Source: Klebsormidium nitens
Lineage: Eukaryota; Plantae; Klebsormidiophyceae
Assembly: GCA_000708835.1 (NCBI GenBank)
Contig: DF237088.1
Location: 1 to 64,000 of the forward strand
DNA: 64,000 nt
Reading direction: 5' to 3'
Under the pieces are notes generated by a model. That model worked only from the letters and a program-made list of their open reading frames with translations, ran no database searches and had not been told where the DNA came from. Position numbers and translations under genes: made by a program. Below, in pieces: positions 37,591-50,785 of this stretch (position 1 is its first letter; each line of letters starts with the position of its first letter).

Positions 37591-40500
37591 TTAAGACTCC
37601 AACATCTTCAAACCTTTAACGGCGCACCTTTTCATCTGCTCGGCTTTTGCCGTCTCCTCCGCCTCTCGGCCCATCGCAGCAATCGCAGCCGCCCGCGTTC
37701 CCGCTACTGGGCCTCTGCCACGTGGCACCGCTCCCACGGATCCGCCGTACCGGCTCAGGAAGTCGGCTTCTGCCTCGGCCGCCGCTGCGGCTCGGACAGC
37801 CTGCACAGAGTTTTGAATCAAGTGAGAAATGCCCGATTTCAATCGGGAAGATTACCTTTTGACTATTGAGGCTACCAATTTACATGCAAGAACAAGTAAG
37901 AAGAAATAAAGAATGGGGGCAGCCTTAGGCTGGATCAAGTAGCGCAGGCTTTGCCGAAGGCTGCGAGGTACGGCAGAGGGACGGCGAAGCGCTATGACAA
38001 CTGCGCCTCAGAAAAATCGGCGGATGGATGCAGGGAACTGGCGTGCAAAGAAAGGGGCCAACGTTCGACTTAGCTTCCGTCATGATGGATGAAAGAATGC
38101 TCGAAATTGAGACTTTTCGCTACAACGCCGCTGCCAGTGGAGAATGTGGAATCTGGAGGAACCGCTTCCAGCCAGCTTACGTTACAATTTTCGAAGATGG
38201 CCTGGACACAAGAAGTGCACGAGTTACCGAAAAGGCCCACTGACCGGATGCGAGTCCGCCAGCAGCCGGATCTTGAGCGTCGGCATGTGCGACCGCGACC
38301 CGTCCGCTCGTAACTCCACCCACACCGCCTGCATCAGCCCGTACGAATGCACCACGCTCCCGGTCCGCACGTCCGAAACCCGCAAACTGTTTCCCTCTTT
38401 CTGCAGCGCCAAGTGGGCGGTCCCCCAGGCCCCGTTTTCGGCGCCGTCGCTCGGCGGCACCAGCTTGCCGGCCTTGTCGCGCAGGTAAACAGGGCCCCGC
38501 AGGTCGTACTTGGGGACGAAGACCATGAGCCCGTGTGGGTGCACGCTGGTAACGATAGCCTTTTCCGCTGACGTGTGGTTTTGTAAGTATAGTAAAAGGT
38601 ACAGCTCTGAGCAGTCCTTCTGCGAGCGCTTGCTCGCGCGGTGCCGCTCGTTCAAATGGTCCGCGATCTCCTCCAGCTTCGGGGCGCTCGCTAACCCTCT
38701 TCTAACCGGCTCCGCGTTTCGCTCAGGGAAACTAGACGCTGACCCGTTTCTTAACCCACCGTCTTCCAGTGCCGCGATTAATTGCCGATGCACAAGCACG
38801 TCGGCGTACCGTCTGATGGGCGACGTAAAGTGAGTGTAGAACTCCAACGCGAGGCCGTAGTGGTAAAACCCGCTGGAACCCTCCAAACCCCCGCCGTTCG
38901 AGGCCGCCCCCGTGCAGATATACTGCGCCTCTGACATTGCCCGCGTCGCGATCGCGCGCAGCGCGTTCTGGACCGTCAGATCGAGCGCCCGGGTGCGATC
39001 CAACGACTGCGCGAGCGCGCGGTTGCTGCTGACGTCAAGGGGGCCCAGGCCGTACGCTTCGAAGCACTCCTGCAGCCGGTCGAAGCCGTCGGGGCGCGGA
39101 GGGGCGTGGTGACGCAAGAGTGACGTCGACGGGAAGGTGGAGAAGATGCGCTCGGCGACGGCGGAGTTGGCGGCAATCATCAGCTCGGCGACCACCCAGT
39201 TGACTTGGAGCTCCTGCGAAAGAAGTTCCGGAGTTGAGGTGTACAGCATCTAATGACAGATCCACACACGAAAATGCTCGGGGGGAGAAAACGTCTGAGG
39301 CACCGCATATCAGTGAGGATCGATTACGATGTTGTCGGTTTTCTCTCGTAAGGAACAACTAGTAGGGCTGCAAGAGGTTGCAACCTCTTGGGAGCGGATC
39401 AAGCATTGACCAACCGACCGTCTTTGACCATACCCGTAACCAAAGCAGAGCATCGCGCAAGACATCCTTGAAAAGGAGCGCCCAGGCTGACCCTCCGCCT
39501 GCGGTGTCTCCATTCTTCCTCCAAGTCTATTGTCCTCACAAGTTCAACCGGCCAAACACCTCCGGGTCCCTCACTGCATGGCAACAACCTACACAACGCC
39601 TTAAAGTTTTGAAACCCAAAAAGCCCGAAACCCCAAACCCTAGAACCTCTTACCTGCTTGGTGATGACCTTCATCGGCGCCCCGGTCGCGGCATCCGTCT
39701 CGAACCGGAGCTCCGCGCTCGCGAGCTCCAGCGCGCCCGCGGCCTCGCGGCGGCCCCGAAGGGCCCGCGACAGGGCGGCCAGCAGGGAGAGGTCCAGCTG
39801 GAGGAGCCCGCGCTCGGACTCCCCACCGGACACCTCCGGACAGTTCCGACCGTCCAAAATCGCTTGCGCCTGCGCGAAAACAGCAGAAGGCTTTTGAGAA
39901 CGATGCTGCGGTCTTTGGAGGACGGGTTTTGATAGCCCTCGGCCATCCAAGGAAGGGGTCTGAATTGGGTGCTGCTCACTTTCGTGATGCGAGCTGACGA
40001 AGGACTCACACACCAGACAAGATGATTCCTTCAAAGATTTCCTGATCGTAGAACGCAGCGTGGGAGTCTGTAGAGCCTTTGTACGTTTTCAAAACAGGAA
40101 AAAACTGGAGACTGCGAACCAGGATTCGGCGTACTGCATACTCTCTTGCAACCGACTCTCAGTCTGAAACTGCTCAGCAACCTACCTGCGGATAGCTCAG
40201 CTGATGCCGGTTGTGTATAACCGTCCGCCCGAACCAGGGTCGGCCCACGATCGACGGGCCAGATGGGTCCACGTGCCAGACCACGCTGACCGCGAGGCGA
40301 TCCTGGCCGCCCACGAGCGAGCAAAGGTCCTCCGCCAGAAGTTTTGGGAGCATGTCGAAGCGCCGGTCGACCAAATACACCGTCGTGCCACGAGCTCGCG
40401 CCTCGAGGTCCAATAGGCTATTGTGCCGGACGAAGTAGGAGACGTCCGCGATGTGAACGCCCACCTGTGTGGATGATGAGGGATAGAAAAGGATGCGTAA

Positions 40501-43500
40501 GAGCGCGCGTAGCGATGCGTTTGGCTTGAGCGTGCATAGACGTTCCCTCGCGCGGACGCTTGCTCCTTACAGCAGACTTGAATCACTTCACCAACAGATG
40601 CAGAGTGAGTTTGTAAATCGAGGCCGTCAATGAACAAGCTGGTGACAGACGGACGCATTGTTTTTACGTTCAAAAGGTGCTTTTTGTAATCAATAAGAGA
40701 GACGGCATTCATATTCTCCGGTTGATCTTTTGGAAGTCATTCGAAGTCAAACGAAACATCAAGCTTAAGCATGGTAAGTGAGCTCTCAAACTCCGGACCC
40801 ACCTCAGCAGTGCCGTCGGGCAGCCATCTTACGGACAGCACGTCGTCCACGTCCTTGCTGCCCGGGGGGTCGATGCTGCAGGCCCGGTGATCGTGCCGCA
40901 AGTCGCGTCGCGCCGAGATCTCCACCCGGGGAATGCTCCACGGCGTGGGGGGAAGCTCCTGCAGCGCCCTGTACCGGGGGTACATTTTGATTTAGGAGAT
41001 GCATTTTGAACTAACGTCAGCAGTTTTCTGCTGCTAAGGGGCAAAGCGGCAGCGACCAGTTGGTGCTTTTTGTATGTTCGCTGGACATGGACGAAGAACG
41101 GAGTCTTTCACTGAGACAATCAAAAGCGACATGCCAGAGGACGACAATCTACTGACTATTGTCGCCGTAGGCAACCCGCTACGGATGCTCCTTGTAAAAC
41201 ATCGTCCCACGTTCTTCTAAAATACCCCAACCCATCGTAAAGACTTTTCAACCAACCCGCAAGCCAAATCCAACTCGAAAAAGTTATTGAAACATTAAGC
41301 TGCTTTAAGGGGAAAAGCAGCTAAACAAGCCGCTCGAAAGAAGCACCCTGGTACCGATGCTCTTCTAAGCTCCAACTTTCAAATCTGCTCGCATACCCAC
41401 CCGGTGCTGAACGGCGCCACCTCGATGCCGTTCTCCACGAGCAGGCTCTCGCTCTCCGCTCTCAGGTCGCCAATCGGGCCAACCAGGCGTGCCACGTGTC
41501 CATGCGGGAACGCCGTGTCGCGCTCCCAGCCGTCGACCCGCACGACGAACCGCTGGCCGGCCAGGCGCGCCACCTGGCGCGTTCGCAATCTCACAAAGGG
41601 GATCCGACGGTCCATAGGAACGGCGAGAACGGCCTCGGTCCGGCCGCTGTCAGTGGAACCTGCACAAGGAATGAAGGGCAAACGAGATGATTGAAACGTG
41701 CGAATGACGTAGATTCGTGAGAGTGCTTAGCGTGGGAATCAAAAGCGGACGGAGAAGCGTCCAAAACACCTAATGACTTGAATAGACTTTTGCTTCAACG
41801 AGACGATCACTTGGAAGGTTCCAAAGCGGACTTTTCCAGCAGCTGATTCAGGGCTCACTTCAAATTCCTTAATTGATTATTTGTGTCGAGCCGATCATTC
41901 ACTTACTGATACGGCTACAAGAAAAGGGCAGGGCAGATGTAAGGTGAAACATCAGCGGAAGGCCGACCTTCGAACGGCTCTACAAGCAGCCTTGGCTCGA
42001 GACCCTGTGACCCAAACTTCGAAGACAGACTCACCCAAGCTCTTTTCATCGTCCTTCTGCAAACACGCCACGTAGTCCCTCGCCGCCCGCTGCACTATCC
42101 CCACCACCTCTCCAGTGGGCACTCTTTCCCCCTGCTTCTCTTCCCCCTCCGCGTGTGAACTTCCTTCCATTCCCCCTCTTTCTGCAGTTCCAACCCCAAC
42201 TTTCGGCGTCCCGTTTGACTGCCCGCTTCTTTCTCCGGTCACCGTTTGCCGGAGGGAACCTTCGCCAGGTAAGCCTTCCTTAAGTAATTCGTCGTTTGAC
42301 TGGGCCTCGGCAGGGCCTGTCTCCAGCTCTGCTTCGACCTCCTCTTCTTCCGGCCCCAATATCGGGTCTTCCGACGGAACAGCGGCTGCTTCCGCCACGT
42401 GGGAGCCACGTGGTCGACCGACCTTGGGGCTGCGCCACTGCTCGCGAGGGAGAAGTCGTACCTGAACGCGGCGGAAGCTTTCAAGTGTTAATACACTGAT
42501 TACCTGGAGGCTATCGGATTTTTGAAACAGAAAGAGGAGGTCACTAACAAGCCATGAAGTGAAGGCTGCGGTTTCGCTTCTCCGGATTTCCCCTGACGAA
42601 CTCAGCTCGCTTTGCTTCGAAACCCTCACTGAGAGTTTTAAAAGCCGTGCCTTTCGAAGTATTGCCAGGAGTCTCGTCAGAGTTGCACTATGTACCGGGG
42701 ACGCTAGGTAACCGTGCCGAATCAGGGGCCTGATCAAGGAGGAGCAAAGAATAGTAGAAGAGCATCAACAGAAACTTACCGCGACCAGGTCCCCTTGCAA
42801 AGCCCGGTTCTGCAGGCGCCGCCCCGGGATGAAGATCTCGTGACGAGAGGCCTCCCCCTTGTTGCTGCACGAGGGAGACTGGATGAGACTCTTCATAGAG
42901 GAACTGACAACACGTTGGGAGATGGAAGCCAAGTGAGGAGTGCATAGTTCACAAGATTTCGGAACCAGTACGGTTTGAAAGGACGAGCAAGGAGCGGTCC
43001 GAATTCCATTTCGACAGCGGCGTAAATGCCAGCTTCAGCTGTCTCGCTCGAACGCGTCAAGGCACTGCAGCATTGAACAACAAAAAATCGAGCATAACGA
43101 GATCTCAAGATGAAACGTCGAGAAGAACAGGGGAGGTTGACGAGCTTCCAAACGGGGAGGCACAGGGATCGTACCTCGGTCGAACGAATGCTTCGTCCGG
43201 GGCTTGGCGGCTGACTTGGAAGACACCGACACGGATGGTGCCGTCCGAAAGACCGTCCTCGATCGCGTGAGCTGAAAGACGTCAGAGGAACGATGCATGT
43301 GAGTAAGCAAAGGCGGTCTAACAACATCGTTCGCAGATAGCTGCGCTTGTTAGACCTACAAGATAGCATCATGAGCGTTTGTCAAGGGCCAAAGAAGCGA
43401 CAAGCTGCAGGAGAAAGCGCAGGCAATAAACACTGAAGACTAATATGCTTTTTGTCGTCACAAGTAAGTAAAATTCTGGCTACTTTGGAAAAATGCAAAA

Positions 43501-46244
43501 GATCTTGGAAAAGCTCTGACCTGGAAGAAATGGAGGATAGGAAGTTCCCTTCCCGATGGTTGCCCGGGGCTCAGAAGGCAAAGCTTCTGTTGCCTCTGTC
43601 CGAGAATGGTCCTGCAATAGCAAGATCCACAGTATTCACCAAGGTTTCTACTTTTCTGAACGGTGACCTCCCCAATTGTGGCCTTGCGAGCTGTCACAAT
43701 TATGCATGCACGTGAAACGAGAGGCCATTTTGCTAGTTAGGGTCAAAAAATAAAGCTGCGTGGGCTGAAAATCGCGTTCAGGCGGTTTCAGTCTATGCTT
43801 CGGAAACAAGGCCACATTATTGTGCAGGATTGCAACGCAACACGCTGGTGCAAGGTAATTAGATCAGGCCACTCAACTTACGCAAGATAAATTAACGACT
43901 TCTTATCCTCGTCAATGACTTTGCAAAGCAGCGCTGACTTACCAACGCCTCGAAGAGCTCGAGCACCTCGGAGTCGTGCCGCCAGAACCGATGGAAGTAC
44001 TCGGAGCCGCTCAGAACCTGGAAAGAGAAAAGAACGGTTTTTGCGATCAGCTGACACCCAGCAAAAAGGCCGCTCGGCATCAGCTCTGTGACAGGCCATC
44101 CGCCAATCCGTTTCCAGTGGGGTTCATCGAAGCCAACGAACGTCCGAGAAAAGTTGTCGGAGGCGATGCCCGGACGTTTGAGCCTTCGAAGCGTGGCCAA
44201 AGGTGACCGCTGTATTTTTCCAGTGACGTCGAGATCATCGCACGGCTCGGAACTCGCATAAATTGACAGAGTACCTTCCACATCCGTACTGGCAAATCCC
44301 TCAGTTATGATCATTTTCAACAAGAGTTTCTGTACGCGTCGACACATTTTCAGACCTGCAATGAATCTTAGGAGGAGACTGCTGCACCATTCCTTCTCGG
44401 ACCGCAGGCTCACCTGCACGCCTGTCCTCAGCAGCCGCTGCCGGACGCCTTCGGACGCCTCCGTCAGCTGGTCGGACAGCACCACAATCAGCGTCCGCTG
44501 CTGCAAGTGCTCCGCAAACCACGCCGCAGTGGCCTGGATACCAGCGTCTAGCCCGTGCTTCTTCGGAGGGATCCCCCTGTTTTGGCTTCCGTTGATTGGG
44601 TGAGGAGAAATGCTTTTCGAGGGATGGTCGGGTTTGGGGGTGTAGTCCTGGCGCATGAGCCACGTGTAGAGGCAGTGCTGGTCGTCGAAGAAGGAGCTCT
44701 GGCGGCGCCGGTCGGAGTAGAGGGATCTGCGAACAATGAGGTTGTTAGAGGTTTGTTAGAGGTCTGTTAGACGTTTGTTAGACGTTTGTCAGAGGTTTGT
44801 TAGCTTTCGGGAATCCGTTTCAGGCCAGAAGTAACGTGTGGACCTCACAAACAGATTGAATCGATCTACACGTTATATCAAGCTTGCTAAGCGAAGAAGG
44901 GAATCTATGCTCCTAGTTCTAGTGATAGGCTCTGCAAATACGAAATGCTCAACGAAGTTGCTGTGATACGAGTGATTTCCCCTCCTTTACGTCACGTGTT
45001 CTTCCCGAGGATTCCTTGAGCAGCTCCCAGAAGCGTGAAAAAATCATACAGTTTCGCAAACCTCATTTGCCTAGCGGCAATCAGTTGACAAGGAGAGACT
45101 CACTTCAAACGAGGGGTCTTCCGCTGATTCACCTTCTGAAGCACCTGGGAGAAAGGGAGAAAATCTCAGCTCAAAGATGGCACGACGAGCTTGTGAGTGC
45201 ATTCCCTACGATCATGGCGATAATTGACAAGAAACGTGCATGTCTTTGGCAGCTTCTGTAACATCTTTCTTATAAAGATCATGAAGAAACTCGAGCTGTG
45301 CACCCAACCAAAGGCCCCATGTCCACGAAGGTAGACCAGGGTACAGGAATTGAATTGATGGACTGGTAAAGTACTTACTTCTTTGATCACGGAGGCCAGG
45401 TAGATGACCCCAGTGAGCTGGGGTAGCTCGAGAATCTCCTGGTAGTCAAGGACGGCTTGGGCGTCTGGTATCTGGAAGCATCAAAGCAAAATGCTACTGA
45501 CTTTGAAGCTTGAATCTAGGTCGAAACCTTCATTATGCCATCATTTGAGGACTTTAAGTGATGGTCTCAGAATCATAAGTACTGCCCTGAGATACTCTCC
45601 TAGGAGTACTAGTTGATCATCTGTTTCACTCAATGAAACAGACAATTTCGATATATTCCACTGGGCAAGCTCACCAAGTAGTGAGACGCCTGTCTCGACA
45701 AGGGGGGGCTCTCTTGCTGGCAGCCGCTAGGGCAATCTTGCGCCCCACAAGGGATGTCATCCCGGAGGTAGTGTTCCTCGCTTAGAAGTGAGACAGCCTG
45801 GGTGCGCTTCCTGAACTTTGTTGCCACCCTGACCTGCATCAATCAGGCAGGAAGATGTCCATGGAACGCAGACGTTGATTAGCTGATCCTTCAAGTCTGC
45901 CCTGAGAAGCAGCTGAGAAGTGGCTGCTTGCCACCGACTGTTGGACCTTGAAAAGGTTCTGAGGACCATCAGGCGAAGAAGAGATTATCGAGAACAAGCA
46001 GCAAAGACTTTGCTCCCTCTTACTACTCAAAGTAGGCCACTTAAAGTATGCCAATGAATCTTTTCTTACCCTCCCATTTGAAAATTCTGACCAGAAATCA
46101 ACACACGATCCAATCACTGATTCAAGCCAGCCACCAGTGCAGTTCAATGAAGCGCTGCTTGCAATGCTGTCAACTCTGCATTCGATGACTGAGGTGGTGG
46201 AGGAGCTCAGGATCCACCTGCCGCGCCACCCATTTGCTTTCCAT
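37591..46244 (-). CDS. DIS3L: DIS3-like 3'-5' exoribonuclease (CR3-PIN-CSD-RNB-S1), DIS3L type, about 1180 aa
   Basis: Exons 46244-46218, 45833-45675, 45471-45379, 45144-45104, 44726-44414, 44017-43943, 43611-43521, 43271-43175, 42903-42780, 42461-42035, 41659-41401, 40968-40803, 40464-40186, 39869-39654, 39213-38245, 37800-37591, phases consistent. Motifs EHYLRDDIPCG, IPDAQAVLDYQEILE, SIDPPGSKDVDDVLSVR, GVHIADV, ELMIAAN, HYGLALEFYTHFTSPIRRYAD. First exon and the extreme 3' end are less certain (alternative donor at 37627). Confidence 0.93.
44739..44803. repeat. 11-bp tandem repeat, about 6 copies, in a DIS3L intron
   Basis: Units of gaggtttgtta / gacgtttgtta / gaggtctgtta immediately 5' of the acceptor of the 44726 exon. 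Confidence 0.85.
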
Positions 46245-47323
46245 GGTTGGCGAGCTTGTAGTGGTGTTCGCCACCCCGCTTGAAAGTCAGCATGCATTAA
46301 CATGCCCTCATCGCTCAACCTGCAACAATGCACTGCATACTTATTGACAGGTGAACCCTGCTGATACGAGGCGCCACTCTTGACCTTCCACCATGGATCC
46401 AATATGGACCCTCGAGGAGTTTTTAACGGTTCGTGCAGTGGGCTCAAGGCGTGTTCAGAACTGAGTCATGGACGGGACTATATGTGGTCTGGCTGTAATA
46501 TGCGCGCACAATTTCGATTGTCATGTTGTGCCTCTATGTCCATATCCTTCCTACAGCTCTTCAACGACGTGGCGTCACATGATCAAGCACTACAAGCCTT
46601 CAGCAAGCAGCCGGGGCCCTGACTTAGCCCGTAGTCAACTTCTCTAGCGAACCCCACTGATCACGAGTGGAGGGGAAGTTTTGCCTATGACTTAGTCAGC
46701 CCGGCTGTGACTTCTTCTGGAGCACGCCCTGTAGCATATGGGTAGGAGGCCCCCTTCCTCCCCTCCCGTTGACACGTTAAGTGTTGATTCTTAGCAATAC
46801 AACTTCAAATATACATTGAGATTAGCCATCTAGATAAAAAGTTGATAGATAAATAATTTTATATATTGACGCTGTTATATTGCTAGGAATTGAACGCTTG
46901 ATCGTTAGGTGAGGTCCTGTAGATAAATCCGTCCAATCACATGTACACTATTTCTTCGCCCCCTGGGCTATACCGAAAGAAACCATCAAATGGTGAGTGG
47001 GACAGCACAAGAAGCTGGCGTTTAAGATGGACTAGGGATGCATATACGGGGGTCATGGGGGATGTTGTTTGGCGACATATTCAGAATATATCGGAATATA
47101 TGTTTGTCAGAAAACCCTATACTTGACACCAGACTGCTGAGGACACAAACAGTAAGCATTCGTTGCATTTAGGCGTCAATGATCCTCCCTCAGACCGGAT
47201 ATAAGCGGAGGAAAGTTAACCCTGATCGAGAGGGCCTTTCCTTCTTGCATATATCATATTAGGTGTGCAGCGTTTTTCAAGTTTCAGAATCAAAGAGCTG
47301 AGCAGACATTCCAACTGGTTGTC

Positions 47324-50300
47324 ATGGCGTCGTCTTCTATTGCTGCATTGCCCTCTGCAACTCTAGTTCCTTGCTCAAGGTGGTCGACCCAACAACTGAA
47401 GACAGCTCCCCATGGACTGCCAGAGCTGCTGAAACCGTGTCACTGTGTGCGGCGTCCTCGCTGCATGCCAACAGCACCCAAGGTACTCGCACATCCTTTC
47501 TATTGGTCCAATTGGTTGTGGTTACGCCCTCTTTTTCAAGAATCCTTGGATAGAGAAGCTCTGTGACGCCTTTCTGCAGCTCTCCCTTCAGAAGAACTCA
47601 TTTGTTGGTGATTATGAGCTAGTGCCTTCATAACATGAATGACCACTTTGACATGAATGCCATGTGTTTTATGAACCAATGTCTCTTGGGCCGGCTGGTT
47701 TGAGTTCCTGAGCCGTCTTCAAGTTAGCCTATTGGGTCAACTCATTAGAGCCTAGTCCTACACTCCTCAGTTCGATCACATAGCGCATCTCCCCAAAGAA
47801 CGCCAACCAGTTGTTCCATTCGTTCGCTAGTCCGCGTTGGCTCGATGTTTCCTCATGTCGTTCATCAGTTACGATTGCATTGGTGCGCAGGCTTCTTATG
47901 AGGAGCCTCCTCTGGGGCGAAGGGATGCTCTTTTTGTGGGGGTTGCCGGAGCTGCGCTGAGCGCCCTGGTGGGGGCTGCAGTGATGTTGCAACCGGTGGA
48001 TGTGGCGCAAGCATACCTGGTGAGAAGGCCAGCTGTGGAGCGTGCCACCACAATCATAGACAAGATAGGATATGCTCCTGTCCGATGGAAAGAAAATAAT
48101 TTCAGCATTTCCTTATCTGGACATGATCACACCGCTTTGGGATGTCCCATAAGTCTAGTGACGAGGCTGGCCGAGATTTTATCAATTCTAGACAGTGTGT
48201 CATGTCGCAATTGGGGAGCGCGCAAATACGATCGACTTTTCTTCAGTTATAGAGCCTCGTGCGGTCTTTTTGAGGTGTGGGGGTAGGTTGTGAAACGCAC
48301 CTTGCTGAACAGAGTTTCTCAAGTGATATGAAGCTAGGATGTTGTCCAATCCGCCGTCTCCCCTGGCATCATACAAAATGACAATATGCAAACACAAGTT
48401 ATTGTTGAGTCAGGACTAGATTTTCAACAATAAGTGTTCCGCTTCAGCTTTGGCTTGCACAAAAAGAAGCTGTCACTGTCATCCATGAACAAGCTACAAG
48501 GGAATCCTTGAAAGGGTGGTACTCAGCAAGGCGGTGAAGGTCTTTGTGACTTGCTGAACCATTTCTAAACACCCTCAACCTCTTTACAACAAACTGAAGT
48601 GAGGCTATATGTAAATGAGGTCCAACAAACTGAAGTGAGGTCACAGACTAAAAGTGGGGTTCTTTGATCTTGTCCGACAGGGTGGCGGCCCCTATGGCCG
48701 GCAAGTAACGCGGGGCCAGGACCTGAGTGGACAGGACTTCAGCAACCTGGACCTGACGGGCCAAGACTTCAAAACAGTGAGCCAAAACAAACGCCCCTCA
48801 TCTGAAAACGCCCTCTCAAAACCCAATTAACAAAGCAGATGAGGAAAATTTGCATAGACTCAGGCTGCAAGCCCAGGCGTCTCTGTTGCATCTTCAAAGC
48901 CGTTAAACTTCTTGCCTGGCAATGGATGCTGGCAGAATTCTGCCAACGCTGCTGGTGGGACCGAAAGGCTGGAAAGTTCGTTTCAAGCAACGGCACAGAC
49001 AGGCTTGAGAGAAAGTTCTGGTCTTCCACAGTTGGCCATCGCACCAAAGAACTCAAATGCAGGGAATTCAACAGTGCACGTCAGCAGGGGCTAACGATTG
49101 CTCAGCAATACTGCATAGTGACCAGTCCGCATGTCCCATTTGGCTCTGGCTGCAGTCCATCCTCCGGCAGACTACCTTCAAGAACTCAAAGCTAGCAGGG
49201 GCGAGTTTTTTTGACGCTGACCTGGCAGGTGGGCCTCATTCACATCAAAGTCGCCTCGCCGATTTTGGGGACCACACCACTCTGTTGCCTTCTCTTGGCT
49301 TGTTGCATTGTTGAAGAAAACTTGTTGATCCGAGCGTTGCCTGATGCATGCACTCCCTGGACCGCACTTGATCTGCACGGGTACTTTTGACCAAAGCATG
49401 ATCTGCTGACATCGTCAGGAGTAGGGTCCCTCTTGTCTCAATCTATAACCGTGGTCTTCTTACAGGGGCTGACTTCTCGAACACTGACCTTCGTGGGGCG
49501 GACTTTTCGCTCTGCAGAGCGACCCAGGTAGGCTGAGCCCTTTTCAACATGGCACTTCGCAGGACTATAAGACACTACTTCTTGAGCCTTTCGTGGTGCG
49601 CAGTCCTTGATTAGAATGCTATGAGATTGTGAGCGCAGGATAACATGAACGCACTCTATTGCAACCATTTCACGGCCCAAGTTCTGTAATTGGCAATACA
49701 GAACCTGGATGAAGTCCCAGGTTTATCAGATTGCTCTACAGACTGTAGGAATGGAACCGCTTCTTTTGGCTTCTGCCAGAATGCAGAATCAGGTTCGTTT
49801 TCAAGACTGCGGTCGATAATTCCAGACCAGAGAGTTCTCCATATATGAACGTGTCGCTAAGTTCGTACTCTCTTGAAGCGCTTTTGGGGCCGAGCAGGTG
49901 AATCTTGCTTGGTAGATTACAGACTACGGAAAGTCAGAGGCGCGTCCAGTCCTAGCAACCCTTCATAAGCGTCTGCTCGCATCCTTTTCAATTCAGTTTT
50001 CCTTGGATCCCACTTGGCAGGTCAATTTCACTGGTGCCATCTTTGAGGGCGCAACTGTGACTGGCAACACCCAATTCAAAGGCTCCAATGTAACGGATAC
50101 AGGTAAACATTCCAGCCTCTCTCGCTCAGACGAGCAAGAGCGGCAGCGTTCTGAGAATCATGTCCATTCTATCACGAGAATCGGATGCGAGATCGGGAAA
50201 GGTTGCACTTTGAATGACTTCTCGTTACTAAGTGCAAGTCTTATCTGACGCTTCTATTCCATTTTTGCGGCCACGATTGATAGCACTTGTTTGTCTGATC

Positions 50301-50785
50301 GTTGCGCTGTGCCGTTTGACGAAGTCGCAGCTCAAACAGTGCGTCTATCCAAGCCTCTCTTCTCTCTTGCTTACGAAGGTTCTTTCTGAGTAGATGGTAC
50401 TCTCTTGCCGTGCAGATTTTACAGATGTCGGGCTTCGAACCGATCAGAGGAAACTCCTGTGCAAAATCGCTTCCGGGTGAGGGCGAGATCGTTTGGCCCC
50501 TGCTCATGTGAAAATCTGCGCAGTTCACATTTGATTCCCGAGACACTCTTCAAATGAGAACGTCGCCAACATTCCAAGAGCAGAACCCGGGAACCGCAGA
50601 GTCCGTTTGACAGTCTTGCGATTGCCGATGTTTCTTCACCCGATGTTTCTTGGCTGCATGCGCTGCTTTCGGAGAAACGTCGAAATCTCCCCTTTGGTGC
50701 TTACTCAACGCATTGCGGTCGATTTTGCAGGACGAACCCAGTTACCGGAGTGGACACAAGGGAGTCTCTCCTTTGTGGCGACTAG
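47324..50785 (+). CDS. TL15: Thylakoid lumen 15 kDa pentapeptide-repeat protein, 8 exons, 238 aa
   Basis: Exons 47324-47482, 47891-48019, 48681-48776, 49156-49228, 49466-49527, 50021-50102, 50416-50476, 50731-50785. Bipartite transit peptide with RR motif and AQA cleavage site, then GGGPYGRQVTRGQDLSGQDFS, SILRQTTFK, GASFFDADL, GNTQFKGS, LCKIASGTNPVTGVDTRESLLC. Confidence 0.93.
48587..48640. repeat. 18-bp direct repeat with 18-bp spacer in a TL15 intron
   Basis: caacaaactgaagtgagg at 48587-48604 and 48623-48640. Confidence 0.8.

Noticed and set aside
39600-39650. Interstitial telomere array (aaacccaaaaagcccgaaaccccaaacccta)
   Set aside because: Only one exact unit within degenerate sequence next to an intron donor; too short to call.
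38347-42499. Many overlapping ORFs antisense or out of frame to DIS3L, P450 and PIMT exons
   Set aside because: These are shadow ORFs expected from GC-rich codon usage in real exons.
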